Source of the DNA: Edaphobacter aggregans
GTDB taxonomy: Bacteria > Acidobacteriota > Terriglobia > Terriglobales > Acidobacteriaceae
DNA: 32,000 bases
Direction: 5' to 3'
Assembly: GCF_003945235.1 (NCBI RefSeq)
Contig: NZ_RSDW01000001.1
Location: forward strand, 1,860,001-1,892,000
This document shows positions 24,906-32,000 of this stretch, piece after piece. A program made the position numbers and the translations under genes. The notes under the pieces are model-generated. The model saw only the letters and a program-made list of their open reading frames with translations. It was not told the DNA's origin and searched no databases. Numbering within the stretch: position 1 is the stretch's first letter; every line of letters starts with the position of its first letter.

Positions 24906-26084
24906 ATGAAGGATGTGGTGATTGTGTCCGCAGTGCGGACTCCGGTCGGGAAGTTTCAAGGTGCGTTGAGTGAGATGACTGCAGTGCAGTTGGGTTCGGT
25001 TGCGGTGCGAGAAGCCGTGCGTAGAGCGGGGATTGACACGGCGAGTGTCGATGAGTGCGTGATGGGATGTGTGCTGCCTGCGGGGCTGGGACAGAATCCT
25101 GCGCGGCAGGCGGCGCTGCAGGGTGGGCTTGCGGATACGGTGTCGGCGTTGACGATCAACATGGTTTGCGGGTCGGGGTTGAGGGCGGTGGCGCTGGCGG
25201 CGCAGAGTGTGATGGTCGGTGATGCGGAGATTGTTGTGGCGGGTGGGATGGAGTCGATGTCGAATGCGCCTTATCTTCTGCCGCAGGGGCGGAAGGGATT
25301 TCGGATGGGCGACTCGGTCGTGGTGGACTCGATGGTGAAGGATGGGTTGTGGTGTGCGTGTGAGGGTTGGCACATGGGGATGACTGGGGAGTTGGTTGCG
25401 GAGAAGCATTCGATTACGCGGGAGATGCAGGATGCTTATGCGCTGGAGTCGCATCGACGAGCGGCGGCTGCGTGGCGAGACGGGAGGTTCGATGCGGAGG
25501 TGATTCCCGTTTCGGTACCAGGGAAGAAGGGTGCAGTGACGGTGGTGGCTAAGGATGAGAGTGTGCGGGAGGATGCTTCGATCGAAGCGCTTTCTGCGTT
25601 GCGGCCTGCGTTCAAGAAGGATGGGACGGTGACGGCGGGGAATGCTCCGGGGGTGAATGATGCGGCGGCTGCGGTGGTGGTGATGTCGGCTGTGAAGGCT
25701 AAGGAGCTGGGGTTGACGCCGATGGTGACGATCAAGGCTCAGGCTACGAGTGGAGTGGCGCCGAGGTGGGTGATGCTGGCTCCGGTAATTGGGGTGCAAC
25801 GGGTTTTGAAGAAGGCTGGATGGGATCGGGATGAGGTGGATCTGTATGAGCTGAATGAGGCCTTTAGTGTGCAGGCGCTTGGTGTGATGAAGGAGTTGGG
25901 GCTGGATGCTTCGCGGGTGAATGTGAATGGTGGGGCGGTGGCGATTGGGCATCCGATTGGGGCTAGTGGAGCGAGGGTGCTGGTGACCCTGATTCACGAG
26001 ATGATGCGGCGGGATGTGAAGAAGGGTGTGGCGGCGCTTTGTTTAGGTGGGGGGAATTCGGTGGCGCTGGCGGTAGAGCGATAG
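24906..26084 (+). CDS. Acetyl-CoA C-acetyltransferase (thiolase II)
   Basis: The start is moved to ATG 24906 ('[19 protein letters not shown]'). The active-site contexts '[11 protein letters not shown]', 'NEAFSVQ' and '[16 protein letters not shown]...CLGGG' are present. Confidence 0.95.
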   Translation: MKDVVIVSAVRTPVGKFQGALSEMTAVQLGSVAVREAVRRAGIDTASVDECVMGCVLPAGLGQNPARQAALQGGLADTVSALTINMVCGSGLRAVALAAQSVMVGDAEIVVAGGMESMSNAPYLLPQGRKGFRMGDSVVVDSMVKDGLWCACEGWHMGMTGELVAEKHSITREMQDAYALESHRRAAAAWRDGRFDAEVIPVSVPGKKGAVTVVAKDESVREDASIEALSALRPAFKKDGTVTAGNAPGVNDAAAAVVVMSAVKAKELGLTPMVTIKAQATSGVAPRWVMLAPVIGVQRVLKKAGWDRDEVDLYELNEAFSVQALGVMKELGLDASRVNVNGGAVAIGHPIGASGARVLVTLIHEMMRRDVKKGVAALCLGGGNSVALAVER

Positions 26085-26111
26085 CAAGAAAATTTCTAAT
26101 CGGATCGTTCG

Positions 26112-26607
26112 TTAGAACATCGCTGTTCCAACGGAACGAATCTCGCTTCCGATCCAACAGTCACCCGATCTCAGAGAGGAAAACACTTGCTCCGCTTCAG
26201 ATGGATTAATCCCATGCGCAAACCGTAGCGGCATCATTACGGTGCGCACCATCAAGGCGAGCGCGGCATCATCTTGACCGGCTTCTGGTTCGTACCCTAA
26301 TCGTTCTACGTCCGAACGAGGGAAGCGCCTTAGTTCGACCCGCACCAAAGACGTGCTGGTTAAGGTAAACGAAATCTTCCGTGATAGTCAGAACGCTAAT
26401 ACCAAATTGCTGGCGTAGAACGATAAAGAGTGCCCAAGAGACACCTACGAATTCGGCGATAAGTCTTACCTCGCTTCGGTAGATGAGGAAATGTACGGCA
26501 GCCAAAAATACTCCCGTGGCAAATAGATGAAAAATGGCGCCCTTACGCTTTTCGCCTCGTATGGTTACGACGAAATTGTCTTTCGAAACTTCAGTACTAC
26601 ATTCCAT
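26112..26607 (-). pseudogene. Probable frameshifted gene for a 2-TM membrane protein (two overlapping ORFs, 112 aa and 78 aa)
   Basis: ORFs 26269..26607 and 26112..26348 overlap by 80 nt in different frames. The second frame stays open upstream of its TTG/GTG start. The tail of the first ORF after the overlap point is Arg-rich junk ('GRRTIRVRTRSRSR'). GC here is clearly lower than in the flanks. Confidence 0.4.
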
Positions 26608-26661
26608 AACGGATCAATACCATCTGCCTAAACATATCAAAATGACGCAAAGATATTCTGA

Positions 26662-28116
26662 TTAGCACTCGATGATGTTGAGGGCGAGGCCGGCTAGGCT
26701 GGTCTCTTTGTAACGGGATTGCATGTCGAGGCCGGTTTGGTACATGGTGGCGATGATCTGGTCGAGAGAGAGTTTGTGGTCTCCGGTTTCGTGCATGGCC
26801 ATGCGGGCGGCATTGATGGCTTTGACGGCGCCCATGCCGTTGCGCTCGATGCAGGGGATCTGGACGAGGCCGCCGATGGGGTCGCAGGTCATGCCGAGGT
26901 TGTGTTCCATGGCGATCTCGGCGGCGTGTTCGACTTGGGCGTTGGTACCGTTGAGGGCGGCGACGAGGCCTCCGGCGGCCATGCTGCAGGCTACGCCTAC
27001 TTCGCCCTGGCAGCCGACCTCTGCTCCGGAGATGCTGGCGTTTTCTTTGTAGAGGATGCCGATGGCGGCGGCAGTTAGGAAGTAGCGGATGAGGCCAGCT
27101 TCTTTATCTTGTGCGGTGGCTTCGTTGGTGAAGCGGATGTAGTAGTGGGCGATGGCGGGGATGACTCCAGCGGCTCCGTTGGTGGGGGCGGTGACGACTC
27201 GGCCTCCGGCGGCGTTCTCTTCGTTGACGGCCATTGCGTAGACGGTGACCCAGTCGAGTGGGGCGAGGGGATCTTTGGAGCCTTCGGTCTGGAGGCGGTG
27301 CGCGAGGCGTGGTGCTCGGCGACGAACGTTGAGGCCTCCGGGGAGAATGCCTTCGGTGGCAATGCCTCGGGTGGTGCAGGATTGCATGGTTTGCCAAAGG
27401 GTCAGGATGCTGGCTTTGATTTGGGCTTCGGGAGATTGAGATTCGGTTGATGATGTTTGCGGACGGTTGATGGTGGGGTCGTTGAGGAGTGCTACTTCGT
27501 TGGCGAGGAGGAGTTCGGCGATGGTGAGGTTGTGGGCTTCGGCTGTGGCGAGGAGTTGGGCGGCGCTGCGGAATGGGTAGGGGACGGTGCGGGTAGTGGG
27601 GGCTTGCGTGTTCTGCTGGGCTTCGAACTCGGCGGAGGCGAGAATGAAGCCGCCGCCTATGGAGTAGAAGATGTCCTGCGCGATGAGAGTGCCTGCGGCG
27701 TCGAAGGCGGAGAAGCGCATGCCGTTGGGGTGAGTCGTAACGGCGGGGTCGGGGTACATCTGGTTGCGATGGAAGAGGAGATGTTCGGCTTCGATGAATG
27801 AGATGGGATGGCGGGCAAGGAGGTTGAGGGTGTTGGTCGTGCGTATGACGGAGAGTTTGGTTTCGATGTGAGTGGGGTCGACGGTGTCGGGAGCTTCGCC
27901 TGAGAGGCCGAGGAGGATGGCGCGGTCGGTGCCGTGGCCGTGGCCGGTGAGAGCGAGAGAGCCGTAGAGATCGACGTTCACTTTTGCGGTTTGTTCAAGG
28001 AGATTGGCGGAGGCGAGTTGGCGTGCAAAGCGGAGAGCGGCGCGCATGGGGCCAACAGTGTGGGAGCTAGAGGGGCCGATGCCGATCTTGAAGAGTTCGA
28101 AGAGGCTGGTGTTCAC
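26662..28116 (-). CDS. sdaA: L-serine ammonia-lyase (iron-sulfur dependent, single-chain)
   Basis: The 484-aa ORF has the N-terminal '[21 protein letters not shown]' and the C-terminal '[13 protein letters not shown]...[18 protein letters not shown]'. Confidence 0.95.
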
Positions 28117-28121
28117 GCTGT

Positions 28122-28517
28122 TTATTGTAGGCGGGTGCGTGGAGACTTGCCGGGCCTGGCCATAGTGTGGGACTTCTTGTTTGACTTGTTCTCCGACTGC
28201 TTCTTCTGGAGGTTGTGGTAGGCAGTGCTGAGGGCTCCTGCGATGAGAGCTTCGTCGGCATGTTCGAGATGGATGAAGGTCATGCCCATGCGTCCCCAGC
28301 CACCTTGAACGGGCGAGAAGGACTGGGGCTGCTCGGTGATGAAGGCTTGTTGCTGCTCGGGGGTTAGCTTGAGGACGCCGTAGCCTTTCTCCTGTGCGGA
28401 GAGGGTGGCGAAGATGCGTTTGTTGAGGCGGAAGTCGGGATGACCCATGTGCGCGCTTTCGACGGCTCCGGGGAGTTGGAGTGCGAGGCGGCGGAAGAGG
28501 TCGATGCGCGGGTTCAT
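28122..28517 (-). CDS. MmcQ/YjbR family protein
   Basis: The 131-aa ORF has '...LPGAVESAHMGHPDFRLNKRIFATL...' in the YjbR-like pattern and a Lys-rich C-terminal tail. Confidence 0.75.
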   Translation of the reverse strand: MNPRIDLFRRLALQLPGAVESAHMGHPDFRLNKRIFATLSAQEKGYGVLKLTPEQQQAFITEQPQSFSPVQGGWGRMGMTFIHLEHADEALIAGALSTAYHNLQKKQSENKSNKKSHTMARPGKSPRTRLQ

Positions 28518-28623
28518 CTTGTGAAGGATTGTACGTCTGTAGTGTGACCTTCGCTGTTGCGAATCAGTGGGATGCTATACTCGGCGGAATTCATACTGCC
28601 TCAAGGGTGGACCAGGCTTAACA

Positions 28624-30216
28624 ATGCTTTTCAAGGCTCGTAGTGCTGCCGTTTATGGGATTGATGCCCACATTATTGATGTTGAAGTCGATTTTTCGAA
28701 CATCAAATTAGACAAGGAACAGTTCAGCACGGTGGGATTACCGGATGCGGCGGTGCGGGAGAGTCGCGATCGGGTAAGGTCGTCGATCAAGAACTCTGGC
28801 TTTGATATTCCGTCGACGCGGATCACGATCAATCTGGCTCCGGCGGATTTGAAGAAGGAAGGGTCGGGGTTTGATCTGCCGATTGCGATCGGGATATTGG
28901 GAGCGTATGGTGCGCTGCTCATCAAAGACCTGAGTGATTTTTTGCTGGTGGGGGAGTTGGGGCTCGATGGGAGCCTGCGCGCGGTGCAGGGGATGCTGCC
29001 GATCGCGGTCGCGGCGAAGGCGAATGGGATTGCGAATCTGATCATCCCTGCGAGTAATGCTCGTGAGGCGGCGGTGGTGCAGGGTGTGAATGTTTATCCG
29101 GTTAGCACTTTGCTGGAGGTTCGGGAGCTGCTGAACTCGGCGTCACTGGGGACGATATCAGCGCAGCCTTTGAAGGTGGAGACGACTAGCCTGCTAGATG
29201 AGTTGCAGCACTTTCCGTTCGACTTCAAGGACGTGCGTGGGCAGCTTGTGGCGAAGCGAGCGCTGGAGGTAGCGGCTGCGGGTGGACACAATATTTTGAT
29301 GATTGGGCCACCGGGTTCTGGTAAGACGATGCTGGCGAAGCGGCTGCCGTCGATTCTGGCTCCGCTGCGGTTTGAAGAGGCGTTGGAGACGACGAAGATC
29401 CACTCGGTTGCTGGGGTGCTAGACGCGGAGCAGGGGTTGGTGGCGCATAGGCCGTTCCGGTCGCCGCACCATACGATCTCGGATGCGGGGTTGATTGGCG
29501 GCGGGATGATTCCGCGGCCGGGCGAGGTTTCGCTGGCGCACAACGGGCTGCTGTTTCTGGATGAGTTGCCGGAGTTTCCGAGGAATGTGCTGGAGGTGCT
29601 GCGGCAGCCGCTGGAAGATGGCATGGTCACGATCTCGCGGGCGGCGATGAGCTTGAGCTTTCCAGCGAGATTTATGCTGGCGGCCGCGATGAATCCTTGT
29701 CCGTGTGGGTACTTCAATGACAAGTCGCGGGAGTGTATGTGTACGCCGCCGATGATTCAGCGATATGTTTCGAAGGTGAGCGGGCCGCTGCTGGACCGGA
29801 TTGATATCCATATTGAGGTTCCGGCGGTGAAGTACAAGGAACTGCGGGGTGGGATGGCGGCCGAGGGCTCGGAACAGATACGGGCCAGGGTGCTGGCTGC
29901 ACGGGAGCGGCAGCATGAGCGGTTCAGCGAGGGAGGCGACCGGACGAAGGGTTCGGCGAAGGCGGCTTCGCGGAGGGTGTTTGCGAACTCTCAAATGAGC
30001 ACGCAGCAGATACGGACTTATTGCGAGCTGTCGTCGGATGCGGAGCGGTTGCTGGAGAGGGCGATGCAGCAGCAGGGGTTGAGCGCGCGGGCGCATGACC
30101 GGATACTGAAGGTCGCGCGGACGATTGCCGATCTGGCTGGGGAAGCGATGATCGCGGTACCGCATATTGCTGAGGCGATTCAGTATAGGACCTTGGATCG
30201 GAGTTATTGGGCGTGA
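28624..30216 (+). CDS. comM: YifB/ComM family Mg-chelatase-like AAA+ ATPase
   Basis: The start is moved to ATG 28624 ('[23 protein letters not shown]'). The ORF has a Lon-like N-domain, Walker A 'GPPGSGKTM', '[11 protein letters not shown]' and the Cys-rich 'NPCPCGY...CMC' insert. Confidence 0.9.
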   Translation: MLFKARSAAVYGIDAHIIDVEVDFSNIKLDKEQFSTVGLPDAAVRESRDRVRSSIKNSGFDIPSTRITINLAPADLKKEGSGFDLPIAIGILGAYGALLIKDLSDFLLVGELGLDGSLRAVQGMLPIAVAAKANGIANLIIPASNAREAAVVQGVNVYPVSTLLEVRELLNSASLGTISAQPLKVETTSLLDELQHFPFDFKDVRGQLVAKRALEVAAAGGHNILMIGPPGSGKTMLAKRLPSILAPLRFEEALETTKIHSVAGVLDAEQGLVAHRPFRSPHHTISDAGLIGGGMIPRPGEVSLAHNGLLFLDELPEFPRNVLEVLRQPLEDGMVTISRAAMSLSFPARFMLAAAMNPCPCGYFNDKSRECMCTPPMIQRYVSKVSGPLLDRIDIHIEVPAVKYKELRGGMAAEGSEQIRARVLAARERQHERFSEGGDRTKGSAKAASRRVFANSQMSTQQIRTYCELSSDAERLLERAMQQQGLSARAHDRILKVARTIADLAGEAMIAVPHIAEAIQYRTLDRSYWA

Positions 30217-30288
30217 AGTTATTGATTTGACAGGGTCAAAAAATCCTATTTCTGGAATATCATTATTGGTGGGTTCCCAAAATAAGTA

Positions 30289-30317
30289 TTGACCTGAGCG
30301 CTCGAACAAGCTATTTT
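30289..30317 (+). promoter_or_regulatory. Sigma70-like promoter candidate (TTGACC, 17-nt spacer, TATTTT) with A-rich upstream tract
   Basis: TTGACC lies at 30289-30294 and TATTTT at 30312-30317. If used, it gives a leader of about 370 nt before the 30696 ORF. Confidence 0.3.
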
Positions 30318-30695
30318 TCTTAAGTGTCGAAGCTGCTCTGGTTGATGGATCTTCCCAACGACAAGTAGGGGTGGTTGACACAAGCGTCTGGTTTTGCTGG
30401 ACGTTCACTGCTTTTTCTGTTTCACGCCTGGGTGCTGACCCCTGAACGACATGGGAGTGACAGGTTTGTGCAGACGTAGTCGAGGTTTGACTGCGAGGCG
30501 GATTCTTGTCTGCCAGATTGGCACATAAGGATTTGATTTGAGAGATTTACGGAAGTTTTAGAATCCGCAGGCACTTGGTTTGCGTCTAACAGTTGGTATG
30601 CAGCGCTTGAAAGAGGCTGCTCAAGAACGAAGAAAATTTTGAGGCGAGTGAGCGCTATAAGACGCTTTTGCCTTGAAGACTGAAAAGGAGAAACT

Positions 30696-30914
30696 ATGCG
30701 CTCAGATCTTATTTTTGGAGCCCTCACGCACGTCACAAACCGGTATGAGCTGTGCCAGTTGGCGTCGAAGGCAACCCGTAAGCTGCACAAGCCGAATACT
30801 CGTTTGCAGGACACGACGAATGAAGTTCTCGATCGCTTCAAGGACACCGTTCCGATGGGTGAATCTGAAGCAGTTGTAGAGAAGGTACATGTTCAGGAAC
30901 GCCGCGCAGCTTAA
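30696..30914 (+). CDS. Small protein resembling RNA polymerase omega subunit (RpoZ-like)
   Basis: AAGGAG sits 5 nt before the ATG. 'LIFGALTHVTNRYELCQLASKATRKL' parallels the omega motif (for example '..V.NRF.LV..AAKRARQL'). Assigning it as the genuine rpoZ is tentative. Confidence 0.55.
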   Translation: MRSDLIFGALTHVTNRYELCQLASKATRKLHKPNTRLQDTTNEVLDRFKDTVPMGESEAVVEKVHVQERRAA

Positions 30915-30930
30915 CGCGCGGCTTTTTCCT
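30901..30930 (+). terminator. Intrinsic terminator/attenuator overlapping the stop codon of the omega-like ORF
   Basis: gccgcgc-agcttaac-gcgcggc is a 7-bp GC stem with the stop TAA in its loop, followed by tttttcctctt. Confidence 0.55.
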
Positions 30931-31075
30931 CTTACGCACAACCCACTATCTGCAGTACAATCCATCCTCAGTACAAATTCTCCTTACAATTGGCCTTCCG
31001 CACGACCCCCTCGTCAAGCAGATCCCGCCTCAGTTCCAAACAATCCCTCCTAAATTACAAAATTCCAGGTAAAAC
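30931..31075 (+). promoter_or_regulatory. C-rich/G-poor rho leader (rut-like candidate autoregulatory region)
   Basis: A hand count of 30931-31070 gives 52 C against 15 G. This is opposite to the G-excess of the surrounding + strand. The region lies immediately upstream of the rho start. Confidence 0.4.
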
Positions 31076-32000
31076 ATGACGATTTCTGAACTCAAAGAAC
31101 ACAATATTGCGGAGTTGGGCAAGCTCGCGCGTGGACTTGATATTGCCGGTACCAGCGGTCTGCGGAAGCAGGACCTGATCTTCAAGATTCTGCAGGCGCA
31201 GAGTGAGAAGGAAGGGCACATCTTCGCAGAAGGCGTGCTGGAGATCCTGCCGGACGGCTACGGCTTCCTGCGGTCGCCTGACTACAATTACCTGCCCGGT
31301 CCTGACGACATCTATGTCTCGCCTTCACAGATTCGCAAGTTCGATCTGAAGACGGGCGACACGATCAGCGGCAATGTGCGTCCGCCGCATGAGGGCGAGA
31401 AGTACTTCGCGCTAGTGAAGATCGAGGCGATTAACTTTGAGTCGCCGGAAGAGACGCGCAACAAGATTCTGTTCGACAACCTGACGCCGCTGTATGCGCA
31501 GGAGCGCGTGAAGATGGAGACCGTGCGTGAGCACATCTCAGGCCGCGTGATGGACCTGCTGACTCCGGTGGGCAAGGGGCAGCGTGGGTTGATTGTGGCT
31601 CCTCCGCGTACCGGTAAGACGATGCTGCTGCAGTCGATTGCGAACAGCATTACGTCGAATCATCCCGAGATCGTGCTGATCGTTTTGCTGATCGACGAGC
31701 GTCCGGAAGAAGTGACGGATATGCAGCGGTCGGTGAAGGGCGAGGTTATTTCGTCCACGTTCGATGAGCCGGCGGCGCGTCACGTACAGGTTGCCGAGAT
31801 GGTGATCGAGAAGGCGAAGCGGCTGGTCGAGCATAAGCGCGATGTCGTGATTCTGCTGGACTCGATTACGCGTCTGGCGCGTGCTTACAACACGATCGTT
31901 CCTCCTTCGGGCAAGGTGCTCTCAGGCGGTGTGGATTCGAATGCGCTGCAGCGGCCGAAGCGATTCTTCGGTGCGGCCCGTAATATCGAAGAGGGCGGTT
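31076..32000 (+). CDS. rho: Transcription termination factor Rho (3' end beyond window)
   Basis: The translation from ATG 31076 reads '[66 protein letters not shown]...[21 protein letters not shown]...[11 protein letters not shown]', which covers the Rho N-terminal, RNA-binding and Walker motifs. It is absent from the ORF track because no stop lies within the window. Confidence 0.95.
   Translation, partial: MTISELKEHNIAELGKLARGLDIAGTSGLRKQDLIFKILQAQSEKEGHIFAEGVLEILPDGYGFLRSPDYNYLPGPDDIYVSPSQIRKFDLKTGDTISGNVRPPHEGEKYFALVKIEAINFESPEETRNKILFDNLTPLYAQERVKMETVREHISGRVMDLLTPVGKGQRGLIVAPPRTGKTMLLQSIANSITSNHPEIVLIVLLIDERPEEVTDMQRSVKGEVISSTFDEPAARHVQVAEMVIEKAKRLVEHKRDVVILLDSITRLARAYNTIVPPSGKVLSGGVDSNALQRPKRFFGAARNIEEGG

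Noticed and set aside
30422-30847. 141-aa - strand ORF and 68-aa + strand ORF (30673..30879) overlapping the omega-like gene.
   Set aside because: Neither has an RBS, their composition is odd, and they overlap a better-supported ORF that has a strong SD and a recognisable motif.
1-32000. Search for CRISPR arrays, tRNA/rRNA genes, IS elements, integrases, prophage genes or defence islands.
   Set aside because: I saw no regularly spaced direct repeats, no T-loop/acceptor-stem tRNA signatures in any spacer, no transposase- or integrase-like ORFs, and no clustered defence-type domains.

Overview
This is a high-GC chromosomal segment. Its gene content (CarboxypepD_reg-type TonB-dependent receptor, M61 peptidase) and its 'gtcatcc...gcgaagcggaggatctgctgttgcc' intergenic repeats suggest a soil Acidobacteriota (Terriglobia-like) genome; that placement is inference only. 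Most genes are ordinary core or metabolic functions: SnoaL-like protein, YeiH-family transporter, TonB-dependent receptor, cinA, plsY-gpsA, M61 peptidase, glutathione peroxidase, two tandem APC-family permeases, cysteine desulfurase, DinB-family protein, DUF1254/DUF1214 lipoprotein, a beta-barrel-like protein, citrate synthase, ThiO-like oxidase, a coiled-coil membrane protein, thiolase, L-serine dehydratase, YjbR, ComM/YifB, an omega-like small protein and rho (3' truncated by the window edge). I found no rRNA, tRNA, CRISPR array, transposase, integrase, or recognisable defence or toxin-antitoxin module, and no convincing new multi-gene system. The most unusual signal is compositional. The + strand is strongly C>G from 1 to about 9360 and strongly G>C from about 9716 to the end, whichever strand each gene is on. 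Third-codon-position preference therefore flips with strand. The sign change falls inside a 355-bp lower-GC spacer between convergent gpsA and the M61 peptidase gene, which could be a replication origin, a terminus, or an inversion breakpoint. Secondary observations are listed below.
- A probably unannotated 24-aa Lys/Ala/Pro-repeat micro-ORF.
- An omega-like ORF, an intrinsic terminator and a C-rich/G-poor rut-like leader immediately upstream of rho.
- A promoter-to-terminator candidate sRNA at the left edge, with a related hairpin on the other side of the SnoaL-like gene.
- Two small membrane ORFs bracketing yeiH.
- A low-GC islet holding a frameshifted membrane-protein gene.
- A DUF1254/1214 gene that lacks the local skew.
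- Hairpin-forming dispersed repeats.
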